From a virus (taxonomy: Duplodnaviria > Caudoviricetes): 64,000 nt of DNA. Both the position numbers and the translations under genes were made by a program. The stretch lies in IMG/VR virus record IMGVR_UViG_3300047159_000046; one strand, written 5' to 3'. Of this stretch, positions 42,602 to 53,128 are shown one piece after another. The notes beneath the pieces were generated by a model. It had not been told where the DNA came from. It saw nothing but the letters and a program-made list of their open reading frames with translations, and did not search any database. Position 1 is the first letter of the stretch. The number at the start of each line of letters is the position of its first letter.

Positions 42602-43033
42602 TTATTCCAATACGCTGAACATTTTTGAGTCCCTTATATCTCTGATATTTTTGGCGTATTTAAGTACTTTAAACGCTTTTGTAATTGTCTCAATATCCTT
42701 TTTATCGATATTTCCGCAATATTGATATATCACTTCGCTATCATTAAATTTCATACGCAAAGTTTCATACGACAAATTTATTTTTATCATATTATATCCA
42801 TATCCATCATAAATCACCTCAAATTCTCCTCTGCTTTTTGAGGTTGTAAGGGATATATCAGTGCAATATTTTATTTCTTGTAACTGAGTCGGGACTGCAT
42901 AAGTCTCTTTTGAAATGTTCTTTAATAAACCTTTCAAAATTCTTACATCGTCTTTTTTTGTGGTAGTCTTGATAAACTTTTTGTTCAAAAGACCATCATT
43001 CAGTTTCAAATAAGAAAAATTTAGCTGTTTCAT
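42602..43033 (-). CDS. Paralog family C
   Basis: Homologous to 43667..44101 (LNK...ILK.LLK.I.K.T..VP...QEIK...DISL...K.RGEF...YDG). Confidence 0.75.
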   Translation of the reverse strand: MKQLNFSYLKLNDGLLNKKFIKTTTKKDDVRILKGLLKNISKETYAVPTQLQEIKYCTDISLTTSKSRGEFEVIYDGYGYNMIKINLSYETLRMKFNDSEVIYQYCGNIDKKDIETITKAFKVLKYAKNIRDIRDSKMFSVLE

Positions 43034-43219
43034 AACTTTAATAATTTAATTAGTATTTCTGTTTGTTGATGCAAAGTTACAAATAAAGTCGGGAAAAACA
43101 ATAGCAAAAGTGTTAAAAATTTAATTATTTTTTTAACACTTTTTGTTTGGAAAAGTCCCAAAAATTCCGTAACTTTGTATGGTGCTCTAAACCGAAAGTT
43201 TTAACACTTTTTAACTTTT

Positions 43220-43400
43220 TAAAAAAGTGCGTGTTTTGTCTCCTTCTTCCCAGAATAGTAACTTTGTAACACCTATTCCGTATTGTTCGTCCACCTTATT
43301 TTTGGTTAGGGTGTGATGCCGTTTCCCTAAATGTTTTTGCCTTGTTGAGTGTGGCTGTTTGTTTATGTTGTATTCATATTGTTTGTTGTTTCTTAATTGC
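43220..43400 (-). ncRNA. Structured ncRNA family, copy C (MNTT* at 43363-43377)
   Basis: Promoter 43405-43412; opposing promoter 43170-43177. Confidence 0.7.
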
Positions 43401-43666
43401 ACTACAAAGATAGTCATTATTTTTGATATATGCAAATTTTCAACCAATTATTTTCAAATTATTTTACGTTTCGTTTTTACCCGTTTTTAGCCTCAATACG
43501 GAACTTTCGGGTAAAAGTGGATAAAACTATTCACCTTTCACACAAAACGCTTTAAAAACGCTTAAAATAGCTTGTATTGCGTTTGCTGGTAGTTCTTGAT
43601 GCACACAAAAAAAAACGACAAGAACATTTTGTTTGCCCTTGTCGTTTCTGTTATTATGTTTGTTCT

Positions 43667-44101
43667 TTATTGTAGTACGTTGAACATTAATGAATTTCGT
43701 GCGTCTTGTAGTGTTTGTATATCTTTCAATATGCCAAATACTTTTATCATTATTTCTACATCATGTTTATTGATATGGCTGCAATATTGCGACAATATTT
43801 CTCCGCCGTTGTATTCTATTCTCAAAATGCCATGGGAAAGATTTATGATTATTTGGTTGTCCTCAAAACCATCATAAAAAATCTTAAATTCACCTCTTCC
43901 CTTTGTCGCTTTTAGGGATATATCTTTTCCTATCTTTATTTCTTGTACCTCAACTGGGACACAATTTGTAGCCTTTTTGATGCCCTTTAAAAGGCTTTTC
44001 AAGATAGACAAACATTCTGTGTCTGCTATATCGTTTATAAGCAAATTCTTGTTCAAAAAACCCTCTTTTAGGTGCATACATGAAAAACTCAATCTGTTCA
44101 T
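43667..44101 (-). CDS. Paralog family C
   Basis: See 42602..43033. Confidence 0.75.
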   Translation of the reverse strand: MNRLSFSCMHLKEGFLNKNLLINDIADTECLSILKSLLKGIKKATNCVPVEVQEIKIGKDISLKATKGRGEFKIFYDGFEDNQIIINLSHGILRIEYNGGEILSQYCSHINKHDVEIMIKVFGILKDIQTLQDARNSLMFNVLQ

Positions 44102-44309
44102 AACTTTAATGTTTAATTAGTAATTTTGTTTGTTGATGCAAAGATATATCTTTTTTCTTAATCTGCAAAATGTTTTGGGACTTTTTTTGAAAATATTTTA
44201 TGTTCGTATCTTTATGTACTGATACACAAAAAATAGCCGACTTTCACAAGCCGACTATTTCGCATTAAACATTAAATTAGAAATACAAAAATCATTATAT
44301 CATTCTGTT

Positions 44310-44627
44310 TCATTCCGTTTGTTCGCATAGTTCCGTTTGTTCCATTGGTATGCCTACATAATCTTTGTAACAAGCTATATTTTTGTAATAGTCATATTCG
44401 TCTACTACGTTGTCAATCAGTGGTAACCATTGCCCGTAATATTGATTTTCGGGCATCTCTGTATCAATTTCCTCTTCCCGATATGAAATATATCCATCAA
44501 ACAATTCCATAACACAGGTGGGGTCTATCTCAAAACTATTCAAATAGTCCCTTGCAAAAAGAGAATTGAGGGTTATTTCGTTTCTAAGTTTGCCGAATTC
44601 CTCTAATGTTAAAAATCTGTTTGCCAT
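44310..44627 (-). CDS. Paralog family D
   Basis: LR.E...NSL...DY.N...ID......FD.YI, shared with 54793..55143. Confidence 0.7.
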   Translation of the reverse strand: MANRFLTLEEFGKLRNEITLNSLFARDYLNSFEIDPTCVMELFDGYISYREEEIDTEMPENQYYGQWLPLIDNVVDEYDYYKNIACYKDYVGIPMEQTELCEQTE

Positions 44628-44860
44628 AACTTTGTTTTTTTAGTTAGTATAATATGTTCTTGTTGTCTTTCAACGCTACAAAGGTAGTTCTTATTTTTGA
44701 TATATGCAAATTTTCAACCAATTATTTTCAATATTTTTTTTATTTTGCTTTTCACGCATACATAAGGCGGATACTGATTTTAGTACCAAGCCGTTTGTAC
44801 TACACAAAAAAAATAGGGCTGCCCTTGTTGAGTAGTCCTATTCTGTTTTGTTTTGCGTTT

Positions 44861-45271
44861 TTAACCTATTATTTTAATATTATTAGCACCAATAATGTAT
44901 TGAAAACCCATAGAATGCGAAAATAAGTCATAAACACAATCATGGTAGGAATTACCATACGCATAAAACGACTTCAAATACAAATATTTTGGATGAGTGA
45001 CAACATATTCATCTTTAATCCCCAAAATACAATTTTTACGACAATCGCCATTTTTTTTGAAATTCTTATCATAAATCCACTTAGCAGCCTTGTTCTTTTG
45101 CTCTTCTGTTAATCGAATAGGCATAACACTATCAAGCAAATTAAACATTTCAGAGGCACTTTCATCGCTTTTGTTTATTCTCCTTTTAATTAGATTTATT
45201 TGCTGTTCAGTCGCAAAGCCTTGTTTCTTGATAGTTTTTACTAATTCAGAATTGCTAATCATTTTTGCCAT
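44861..45271 (-). CDS. Paralog family A
   Basis: MAKMISNSELVKTIKKQGFATEQQI. Confidence 0.75.
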   Translation of the reverse strand: MAKMISNSELVKTIKKQGFATEQQINLIKRRINKSDESASEMFNLLDSVMPIRLTEEQKNKAAKWIYDKNFKKNGDCRKNCILGIKDEYVVTHPKYLYLKSFYAYGNSYHDCVYDLFSHSMGFQYIIGANNIKIIG

Positions 45272-45433
45272 AACTTTTATGTTTTGTTGTTTTTGTTAAT
45301 GCAAAGATACAAAGAAAGTTCGGGAAAACAATAGCAAAAGTGTTAAAATTTCAAAGATCTTTTTAACACTTTTCCAAACACACAAAAATAGGGCTGCCCT
45401 TGTTGAGTAGTCCTATTCTGTTTTGTTTTGCGT

Positions 45434-45859
45434 TTATCCTACTATTTTCGTTTTGCCGTCTTGTTCCATATAATCAAAATATTCTTCATTTTCTGTCTCA
45501 ATACGCCAAACGGGTGTGTATTTGTTGTCTCCTTTGGTATAAAAGCAAGAAAGATAAGCCTCTTTTGCGTTGTTGAGGATATGTAGTTCCCTATTTCCCA
45601 AAGGACTATTTTTTCTAAATTCTCCGTTCTTCTTGATACTCTTGCCATACAAAGATAAAACCATCTTGACCATCTGCATATTGGTCACTTTAATTGACCA
45701 TGGCATTATCTCTGATATATATCCAAGAATTTTCTTTGCGTCTTGCTGATTTTTGTTCATTCTTTGTCTCAGCAACCTTATTTGTTTTTCAGTTGCGCAC
45801 ATATCTTGATGTCTGCTTATTTTCAACCATAAATCATAATTTTCAATTTTCTGTTTCAT
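45434..45859 (-). CDS. Paralog family A
   Basis: ATEKQIRLLRQRMNK...IKKNGEFRKNS; start MKQKIEN. Confidence 0.75.
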   Translation of the reverse strand: MKQKIENYDLWLKISRHQDMCATEKQIRLLRQRMNKNQQDAKKILGYISEIMPWSIKVTNMQMVKMVLSLYGKSIKKNGEFRKNSPLGNRELHILNNAKEAYLSCFYTKGDNKYTPVWRIETENEEYFDYMEQDGKTKIVG

Positions 45860-46021
45860 AACCTTTAATGTTTTGTTGTTTTTGTTGATGCAAAGATACA
45901 AATAATGTTTGAAAAAGCAATAGCAAAAGTGTTAAAATTTCAAAGATCTTTTTAACACTTTTCGCTTAAAATAAATGCCCAAAAGTTTTGCATATTACAG
46001 ATTTTTGCGTATCTTTGTAGT

Positions 46022-46199
46022 GTAATTAAGAAAGCAACAAATATGAATACAACGTAAACTAAAAAGCCACACAAAACAAGGCAAAGATAAAACGGGAAAA
46101 GGCATCGCACCCGATTGACAAAAAGCGGACGAACAATACGAAATAGGTGTTACAAAGTTACTATTTTGGGAAGGAGAAGACAACACACGCACTTTTTTT
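46022..46199 (+). ncRNA. Structured ncRNA family, copy D (MNTT* at 46043-46057)
   Basis: Promoter 46010-46017; opposing promoters 46254-46261 and 46364-46371. Confidence 0.7.
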
Positions 46200-46494
46200 A
46201 AAAGTTAAAAAGTGTTAAAACGTTCATACGAATGGACAGTTTTGGGTGTCATACAAAGTTACGAAAAATTTGGGACTTTTCCAAACAAAAAGTGTTAAAG
46301 TTTTACTTTAAATTATTCACACTAATTAACACTGTTTTAACACTTTAGATTTAAAGTGTCATACAAAGTTACAGAATTTTTTTGAAAAAAACAAACAAAA
46401 AGTGTTAAATTTCTCCTGAACTTTTTAACATTTTTTAACAAAAAAAACGGGTTCTCCGCTTGGAAAACCCGTTTTTCGTTTATGTTAATTTATG

Positions 46495-46831
46495 TTACTT
46501 ATTATACAACAATATCTTGATATATGTTTGTGCGCTGTCTGTGCAATCCCAAAATGATACTACCACCCCACTATCAGATAAATCAAACGGGTGTACCAAA
46601 TTTTCGTTCATTTCGTCCGCACTGCTATCTTGATTGGCGGGACACACCTCAAAATCGTAGTATGTTTTGTCCTCTGCATTTTGAATTAAAAAATGCCTCA
46701 ATTCGTCATTTATTATAGTCTCATTTATTTGCGTTTGCGACTGCGTCATATAATAAAAAGCGACCTCACAACTATCATTTCTGCTCAATTAAGTTAATAA
46801 ACTTTCTTGCACTGATTTTTGTTTTATTCAT
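46495..46831 (-). CDS. Hypothetical protein (frameshift near 46785)
   Basis: Start MNKTKISARKF after promoter; body in another frame. Confidence 0.5.
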
Positions 46832-46965
46832 AACTTGTATAATTTAATTAATATTGTTTTGTTGTCTTTCAACACTTGCAAAGATACTACTTTTTTTTAA
46901 TATACCAAACTTTTTTGCAAAAAAAATAAGAACTATTTTGTAGTTCTTATATATCTGTCTGAAAA

Positions 46966-47421
46966 TCAGAAATTAGGGTCTCTATAATTTTCGCAATAGT
47001 TGAACATAAAAATAGGGTTAAAAGATGTTCCACCCGTCTTTTCTGTTGGTCGCCATCTATTGTAAGAAAATTTAAAAGTTATTTCCCTTGCTGATAGAAT
47101 AGGAAATCCGTCATCGTCACAGTCCGTTATCGTGATAGTCTTTTTCTTTTCATTAAAAGCCAAAATCCTAAATGCGTACCTATCACTTCCGACAACTTCC
47201 GTGACGCATCCACCCAATTTTGGTGTTCTACCTTTTTCCCACTCCGAAAAACGCTTTTTCACCTCATCTATTTCTTTTTGAGAATAAAACCATTTTTTGT
47301 AAGTGTATTTCCCAAACGGGCAAGAAAATGACACTTTTGCCTCACGCTTTTTCATTCCATGCTCAATTTTCTTCCAATCTGAAAGAAATTCAATAACCGC
47401 TCCGCTTTTTGTGTTTGTCAT
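46966..47421 (-). CDS. Hypothetical phage protein (GSDRY...YRDP.F motif)
   Basis: Cassette ORF. Confidence 0.7.
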   Translation of the reverse strand: MTNTKSGAVIEFLSDWKKIEHGMKKREAKVSFSCPFGKYTYKKWFYSQKEIDEVKKRFSEWEKGRTPKLGGCVTEVVGSDRYAFRILAFNEKKKTITITDCDDDGFPILSAREITFKFSYNRWRPTEKTGGTSFNPIFMFNYCENYRDPNF

Positions 47422-47780
47422 AACTTTATTGTTTTTAGTTATTAATATTAATTATTGTATTTCAACACCGCAAAGATACAAAAGTTTTTGATAACTGCAA
47501 AACTTTTATCAATTATTTTCAAAGTTTTTTCTGTTTGCGTATGTGCGTGCGAGTACTGAATTTGGTATCGGCTGTTTGAGGCTGTTTTGAGCCACAATAC
47601 GGCACTTTCGGGTAAAAGTGGATAAAACTATTCACTTTTCACACAAAACGCTTTAAGGACGCTTAAAACAACTTGTATTGCGTTTTTTGATATAGTTGAT
47701 GAACATACACACACAAAAAAAACGGCAAGAACATTTTGTTTGTCCTTGCCGTTTCCGTTATTGAGTTTGTGTCCCGTTAT

Positions 47781-48188
47781 TTATTCTTCTTCCAACTCAT
47801 TGACCTTTGCCCAATATTCATCCAATAATTTTTGGGCTTTTGGCATCACAGAAGCAATATAGTTTTCTTCTTGTTGCATCTTTCCCCAATATGCCAAATC
47901 GTCAATCTCAATACAATTTTTTGAGTCGTGCTCATAACTATTTTCGTTGTAAGCATCAATACAAAATTGTAAATTGTTTTTGACAAAATCAAATTCCAAA
48001 TTTGGGTCACTTGATGAAATCATACAATCTGCATCGTCCGCTGCAATTTGATTAAAATCACAAAGTTCATCAGCGGTGACCTCACCCTCTTTCATACTGT
48101 CTGCAATATCGCCAGCATATACATCAATATCCTCAAATAAAGATGAAATACTCATTGCATACTTGTCTGTCAATTCTTGTTTGTTCAT
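47781..48188 (-). CDS. Paralog family B
   Basis: See 40467..40880. Confidence 0.75.
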   Translation of the reverse strand: MNKQELTDKYAMSISSLFEDIDVYAGDIADSMKEGEVTADELCDFNQIAADDADCMISSSDPNLEFDFVKNNLQFCIDAYNENSYEHDSKNCIEIDDLAYWGKMQQEENYIASVMPKAQKLLDEYWAKVNELEEE

Positions 48189-48306
48189 AACCTTAAATTT
48201 TAGTTTTGTTGTTTTACACTTGCAAAGATACGAAAGATTTTTGAACTACCAAACGTTTTTGCAAAAAAAAATAAAAAATATTTTAGTGCTGATTATGTAT
48301 CTAATT

Positions 48307-48657
48307 TCAAATCAGCGTAATATCCTCTAATTGACTAAGATAAAAACATTCTTCTTTTGTATTGTGCATCAATATTAATTCGTAATTTTGTCCATAACCA
48401 TCTTGTTTCAACGGGACAACTCGCAAAGATAATGTTTCGATGTTCCCTATAATCTTGATACCATCCGCATTGTTTTTCATTTTCAACACAATACGGGAAG
48501 GAAAAGCATAATTATTTGTTTGCATATAGTCCGTTATCTTTGTTTGCATCCTTTCGATATTTTCCCTAAGTTCCAAATTGGCATTGTGTTCTATTGCCTT
48601 TTTTTCAATATACTGCTCCAAAGGCATATCGGCTTCGTTTCTGATAAAACTACTCAT
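48307..48657 (-). CDS. Hypothetical protein
   Basis: Cassette ORF. Confidence 0.65.
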   Translation of the reverse strand: MSSFIRNEADMPLEQYIEKKAIEHNANLELRENIERMQTKITDYMQTNNYAFPSRIVLKMKNNADGIKIIGNIETLSLRVVPLKQDGYGQNYELILMHNTKEECFYLSQLEDITLI

Positions 48658-48986
48658 AACCTTGTTATTTAATTTTTGATACGCAAAGATACAAAAGATT
48701 TTTGAACTACCAAACTTTTTTGCAGATTATTTTGATGTTATTCTGTTCTCGCACATATAAGGCGGATACTGATTTTGGTATTCACCCGTTTTTACCCGTT
48801 TATTTGCGTTCTAACGAACTTTCGTATCAAAGTGGTACAAACTATCAACTACTATCAACAAAAGTCCTATAAATAGCTTCTATGCTATCATTTCGGCAAA
48901 TAAGTAGGCACACAAAAATAGCCGACTTTCACAAGCCGACTATTCTACTACTAATCTACTAAAAAGTTATGAATTGAAAAATATCT

Positions 48987-49889
48987 TTAATATATAAAAT
49001 GCACTTGTTCATCATTGTTGAATTCACACAAACAATTCTCGATGAAAAGTTTTTTGTCTTTTATTTCCAACTTCTTTATTTCAGAATATGCCCTAACTGC
49101 ATTTTCAGAGCAAATGATAACTTGTTTTGGCATCCCCTTTTCGTTGATAAGACTAATAAAATGCGTAGTTCTATCATTGAACTTTGCCTTTTGTGTCAAA
49201 TCATCCAAATAGTCTTCCAAACAATCAATAGGAACTGACTCATTATGATTAGTCGTATCTATTAGTATGTGTTCGGTACAATTATATTTGCAACTAATCT
49301 GTGCGGATATGATATCGTCTTTTGTGTCAATTATCCAACATTCGTCATCGTGAATCTGAATAAATCTCATTTCTCCGTCACTTGTTTTTTTCTTACAAGG
49401 ATACACACAATCAGCATTAATATGCATAATGATTTTATTTGCCTTAATATCCAATATGTTAGAGTTCCATATACAATGGTCACTTCCAACTTTTCTCGGG
49501 ATAAATTTGTTTTTTCCAAATCTATCAATGATATTATTTCATCGCCTCTATCATAGGAGAAAAGATTTTCAGATATATCTGTTATTGAATAAAACATAGA
49601 TACGTTATCTATATCCTCGCTAACTTTTTTTCCGTTACGCAAAAGAACTTCTTTATGACCATTTCCCAAATATTCGAATTCCAAAATAGCCATATCGTCA
49701 TTTTCTATCGTATTATGATATTTTAGCATTACGTTATCTATTGCTATTCTTGTATCAAATACAAGGTTACATTCTCCCGTTATTGCGTTCATATACAATA
49801 CGTTTGTATTTCCATCAACACTTCACTACATATAATGTATTTGTAAGCTGTTTCTTGATGTTCTGTGAAAAATCTGTTGCTGTTTTCAT
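48987..49889 (-). pseudogene. One gene broken by two frameshifts (~49815, ~49450)
   Basis: Start MKTATDFSQN after promoter; pieces 49367..49798 and 48987..49454 overlap in different frames. Confidence 0.55.
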
Positions 49890-50047
49890 ATTTACTTTTG
49901 TTTTTAGTTTTGTTATTTATTTACACTTGCAAAGATACAACTTTATTTTGATATACCAAACTATTTGCTGATTATTTTTACAAAAAAAATAGCCTACAAT
50001 TTTTTTACAAATTGCAGACTATTCTAACCAAAAACTATTTTAAAACA

Positions 50048-51070
50048 TTAGTAAATAAATCGCACGCTTACAATATCAATATCATTTATTTCGCAAATAG
50101 TCGTTCTAATTTCATTTCCGTATTCACAAGACAACGTTCCCGAAACCGCTGATATGCCAGCCCAATGGATATCTTTATACGCACTAACAAAATGCTGTTT
50201 TGTCTTGACAATAATCTGAATAGGACACCCTTTTGTTGAAAGCAAATCATTCAGTTCGTCAAATAGAAAATTGTTGTCGTTGTCGTTTGCCCTCACTATA
50301 CATTCTTCTTTATCCTTGTTCATAAGGGTAACAATATCATATAGTTCATCAGTCCTATAATCTTTTGCGTTTATCGTCACCTTGTCTTGCAACTCAATAT
50401 GATTAGGCTGATATTCACATGGGAAGCCGCCACCTTTCTCCTTGTTGTTTTTATCTACCAAATAGATAGTTTCCGAGTCTACAATAAGGATGCTAAAATC
50501 ATTTTCGTTCTCTATGTTCTCAAAACGCAAATAATCAACACTTTCACTCAATAACCATTTGTCTGTATTTACATTCCAAACGTTATAATAAACTTCGTTG
50601 TCCTTATTCTCCATTCTGATAGCATACAAATTTTTCCAATGATACATAATTGTACGTTCCTCTGAGCCATTCCAAAAAGGAATTACATTTGTATTTCCGT
50701 TGATATCTACAATATCTCTTGTTTCGTCAAATCTTTCAATCTGATAGTAATTCTGTGAATTTGTGACCAACTGGAAAAAACATTCTCTTTTATGATTTTC
50801 AGTGACCACCTCACTGCCTTTTAAAATCATATATCCATAAAGACCATCCAACTCTCTATCAATGATAGCCGCTTCGCCACTATTATACACAAATTTGATT
50901 TCCTCATCAGAGGCTTGGTCGTCATCAAAAACCAACTCTCCGTTTTGGGAATTTGTGTCCCTCATAAAAAACACATTATACTTGTTGTCTTTTTTTACCA
51001 CTGCAAAGTGGTTAGATACAACCTTTGCGTTATCGAACGCTGCCAATGACTCAATGTTTTTTGTTTGCAT
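50048..51070 (-). CDS. Hypothetical protein, beta-rich
   Basis: 340-aa cassette ORF. Confidence 0.7.
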   Translation of the reverse strand: MQTKNIESLAAFDNAKVVSNHFAVVKKDNKYNVFFMRDTNSQNGELVFDDDQASDEEIKFVYNSGEAAIIDRELDGLYGYMILKGSEVVTENHKRECFFQLVTNSQNYYQIERFDETRDIVDINGNTNVIPFWNGSEERTIMYHWKNLYAIRMENKDNEVYYNVWNVNTDKWLLSESVDYLRFENIENENDFSILIVDSETIYLVDKNNKEKGGGFPCEYQPNHIELQDKVTINAKDYRTDELYDIVTLMNKDKEECIVRANDNDNNFLFDELNDLLSTKGCPIQIIVKTKQHFVSAYKDIHWAGISAVSGTLSCEYGNEIRTTICEINDIDIVSVRFIY

Positions 51071-51474
51071 AACTCTATTTTTTTTAATTTAGTAATATTG
51101 TTTATTTCCTTTAACGCTACAAAGATACATCTTTTATTTTGAACTACCAAACTTTTTGCAGATTATTTTTGAATTATTTTATCCGACTTGATGGTATGTT
51201 CCTATCTTTGTTGATGCAAAGGTACAAACAAAATACGACAAAAGCAATAGCAAAAGTGTTAAAAAAAACATTGATCTTTTAACACTTTTTTCTTGTTTTT
51301 ATCCAAAATTTTCCGTAACTTTGTATGGTGCGCAATTTTGGAATGTTAATGAAAGTTAAAATCTGCAAAGAAAAATACCTCGAAAATTTAACGTTTTTTG
51401 TTTGGAAAAGTCCCGAAAATTTCGTAACTTTGCATGACACCCTAAACCGAACAAATTAACACTTTTTAACTTTT

Positions 51475-51670
51475 TTAAAAAAGTGCGTGTTTTGTCTCCT
51501 TCTTCCCAGAATAGTAACTTTGTAACACCTATTCCGTATTGTTCGTCCGACTTTTTTATTTGTTCGGGTGTGATGCCTTCTCCCGAAATATCTTTGCCTT
51601 GTTGAGTGTGGCTTTTAGTTTATGTTGTGTTCATCTTATTTACGTTTTTAGTTTAACTTGTTTCCTTTAA
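51475..51670 (-). ncRNA. Structured ncRNA family, copy E (MNTT* at 51620-51634)
   Basis: Promoter 51676-51683; opposing promoters 51316 and 51425. Confidence 0.7.
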
Positions 51671-51775
51671 CACTACAAAGATACAATTTATTCTTGACAA
51701 TACCAAACATAGGGACAAAAAAATAAGAACTATTTTCGTAGTTCTTATTTTCTTTATTGTTATATGTTTTGCTTG

Positions 51776-52966
51776 TTATTGCTCATCCTCAGTTTTGATA
51801 GTAGCTTTCAGACAATACATATCATTAAGTTCATCTATAATTGTCATAAACATACATTTTGAAGAACGTACCTCACAAACAATATCCACATATTTAGAGT
51901 TGATAAGTTCCAAAGTTTTTTGCACCCCTACATTCATTATACATTCATTTGTGTTGTCGTTTGTCCCACCGCACTCAATATTTGCGTTGAAAGATATTAC
52001 GTCTTTGTCCTCGCACTCTCCGAAAAGTCTCAAAGTATGATTTTCAAAACGAAATATTTGTTTATCATATTCATAAATCATTTTGTTTTGTACCTTGATT
52101 TTGTTAATCAAATCCGACTTGTCAATATGAGTGTATGTATTTGTATCGTCAATTTTTTTAGGGAAGAACGACAATACGTCTTGAATACCTCTCGCAATTA
52201 ATTGTTTGTGTTCCAAATTTACAGAAACATTGTTTTTGTATAAAAAGGTGATAGAAAAATCGCTTTGATATTGCGCATCTTTTGCCGACACAGCACTGAT
52301 ATTTAAACCAATACATTCTTTATTGTCTGCATACTCAATGATATTTTCAGTAACCTCTAATGGCAAGGCAAAATCGTTTTTCAGAATTGCGGTTTTGTTG
52401 TCAATAGTTGAAACATTCACATTCACAATTGTGTTGTCGTTTGTAGCCAATAATTGCAAAAGGTCATTATCATTCAGTACCACCATATCGGGATGGTTTA
52501 TAAAGCGGTTGCTTTGTTGTAACGCTTTCGCTTTCTTGATACAGCCGACAAACGTATCTACAATCCACTTTCCATCCAAACTTAGCTGATTATCTGCAAA
52601 TAGATATTTATTGACATCAAATTCGCCACACTGCATATCTGCATCAACATTGTTTTGATACAGACTCAAAACCCATGTTTGTTCTCCGTTTGAAACATAC
52701 AGCTTGTCGTCACCCTTTGTTTCCAACATCAATTCATTATTGCTTGTCGTTTTGATTTTGTTCAGTTCCCGTGCGGATATTTGAACCTTGCCCTTGTCGT
52801 CCTCAATATCTGCGGATATGGCTGAAAAACCATACCACAAATTCTCAATAACACATTTATTGTCGGTCTTGTTGCAACTCAATGCAATAATGTTATTTAC
52901 TTTGTTGTCGGCTGAAAAAAGATTGACAACCTTTTTGAAATTTTCTACACTTACTTTTGCTTTCAT
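51776..52966 (-). CDS. Divergent beta-sliding-clamp-like protein
   Basis: 396 aa; LQLLATND, FALP, FFPK...IDKSDLI line up with clamp motifs of the neighbouring gene. Confidence 0.45.
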   Translation of the reverse strand: MKAKVSVENFKKVVNLFSADNKVNNIIALSCNKTDNKCVIENLWYGFSAISADIEDDKGKVQISARELNKIKTTSNNELMLETKGDDKLYVSNGEQTWVLSLYQNNVDADMQCGEFDVNKYLFADNQLSLDGKWIVDTFVGCIKKAKALQQSNRFINHPDMVVLNDNDLLQLLATNDNTIVNVNVSTIDNKTAILKNDFALPLEVTENIIEYADNKECIGLNISAVSAKDAQYQSDFSITFLYKNNVSVNLEHKQLIARGIQDVLSFFPKKIDDTNTYTHIDKSDLINKIKVQNKMIYEYDKQIFRFENHTLRLFGECEDKDVISFNANIECGGTNDNTNECIMNVGVQKTLELINSKYVDIVCEVRSSKCMFMTIIDELNDMYCLKATIKTEDEQ

Positions 52967-53128
52967 AACTTTAACTTTTAATTTGGTTTTGTTTTACACT
53001 ACAAAGATACAAATAATATTGATAACTGCAAACTTTTCACACAATTATTTTCAATTTATTTAAAAAAAAGCTATCAGCAACATAATAGTCACTGATAGCC
53101 TCAATTTTAAAAGGATATAAAAATATGA

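Noticed and set aside
43211-43447. Protein EQYxIGVxKLLFWE... (or a tmRNA-like tag) encoded by the six-copy element
   Set aside because: No shared start codon; substitutions are non-synonymous but preserve base pairing; no tRNA-like ends or ALAA-type tag.
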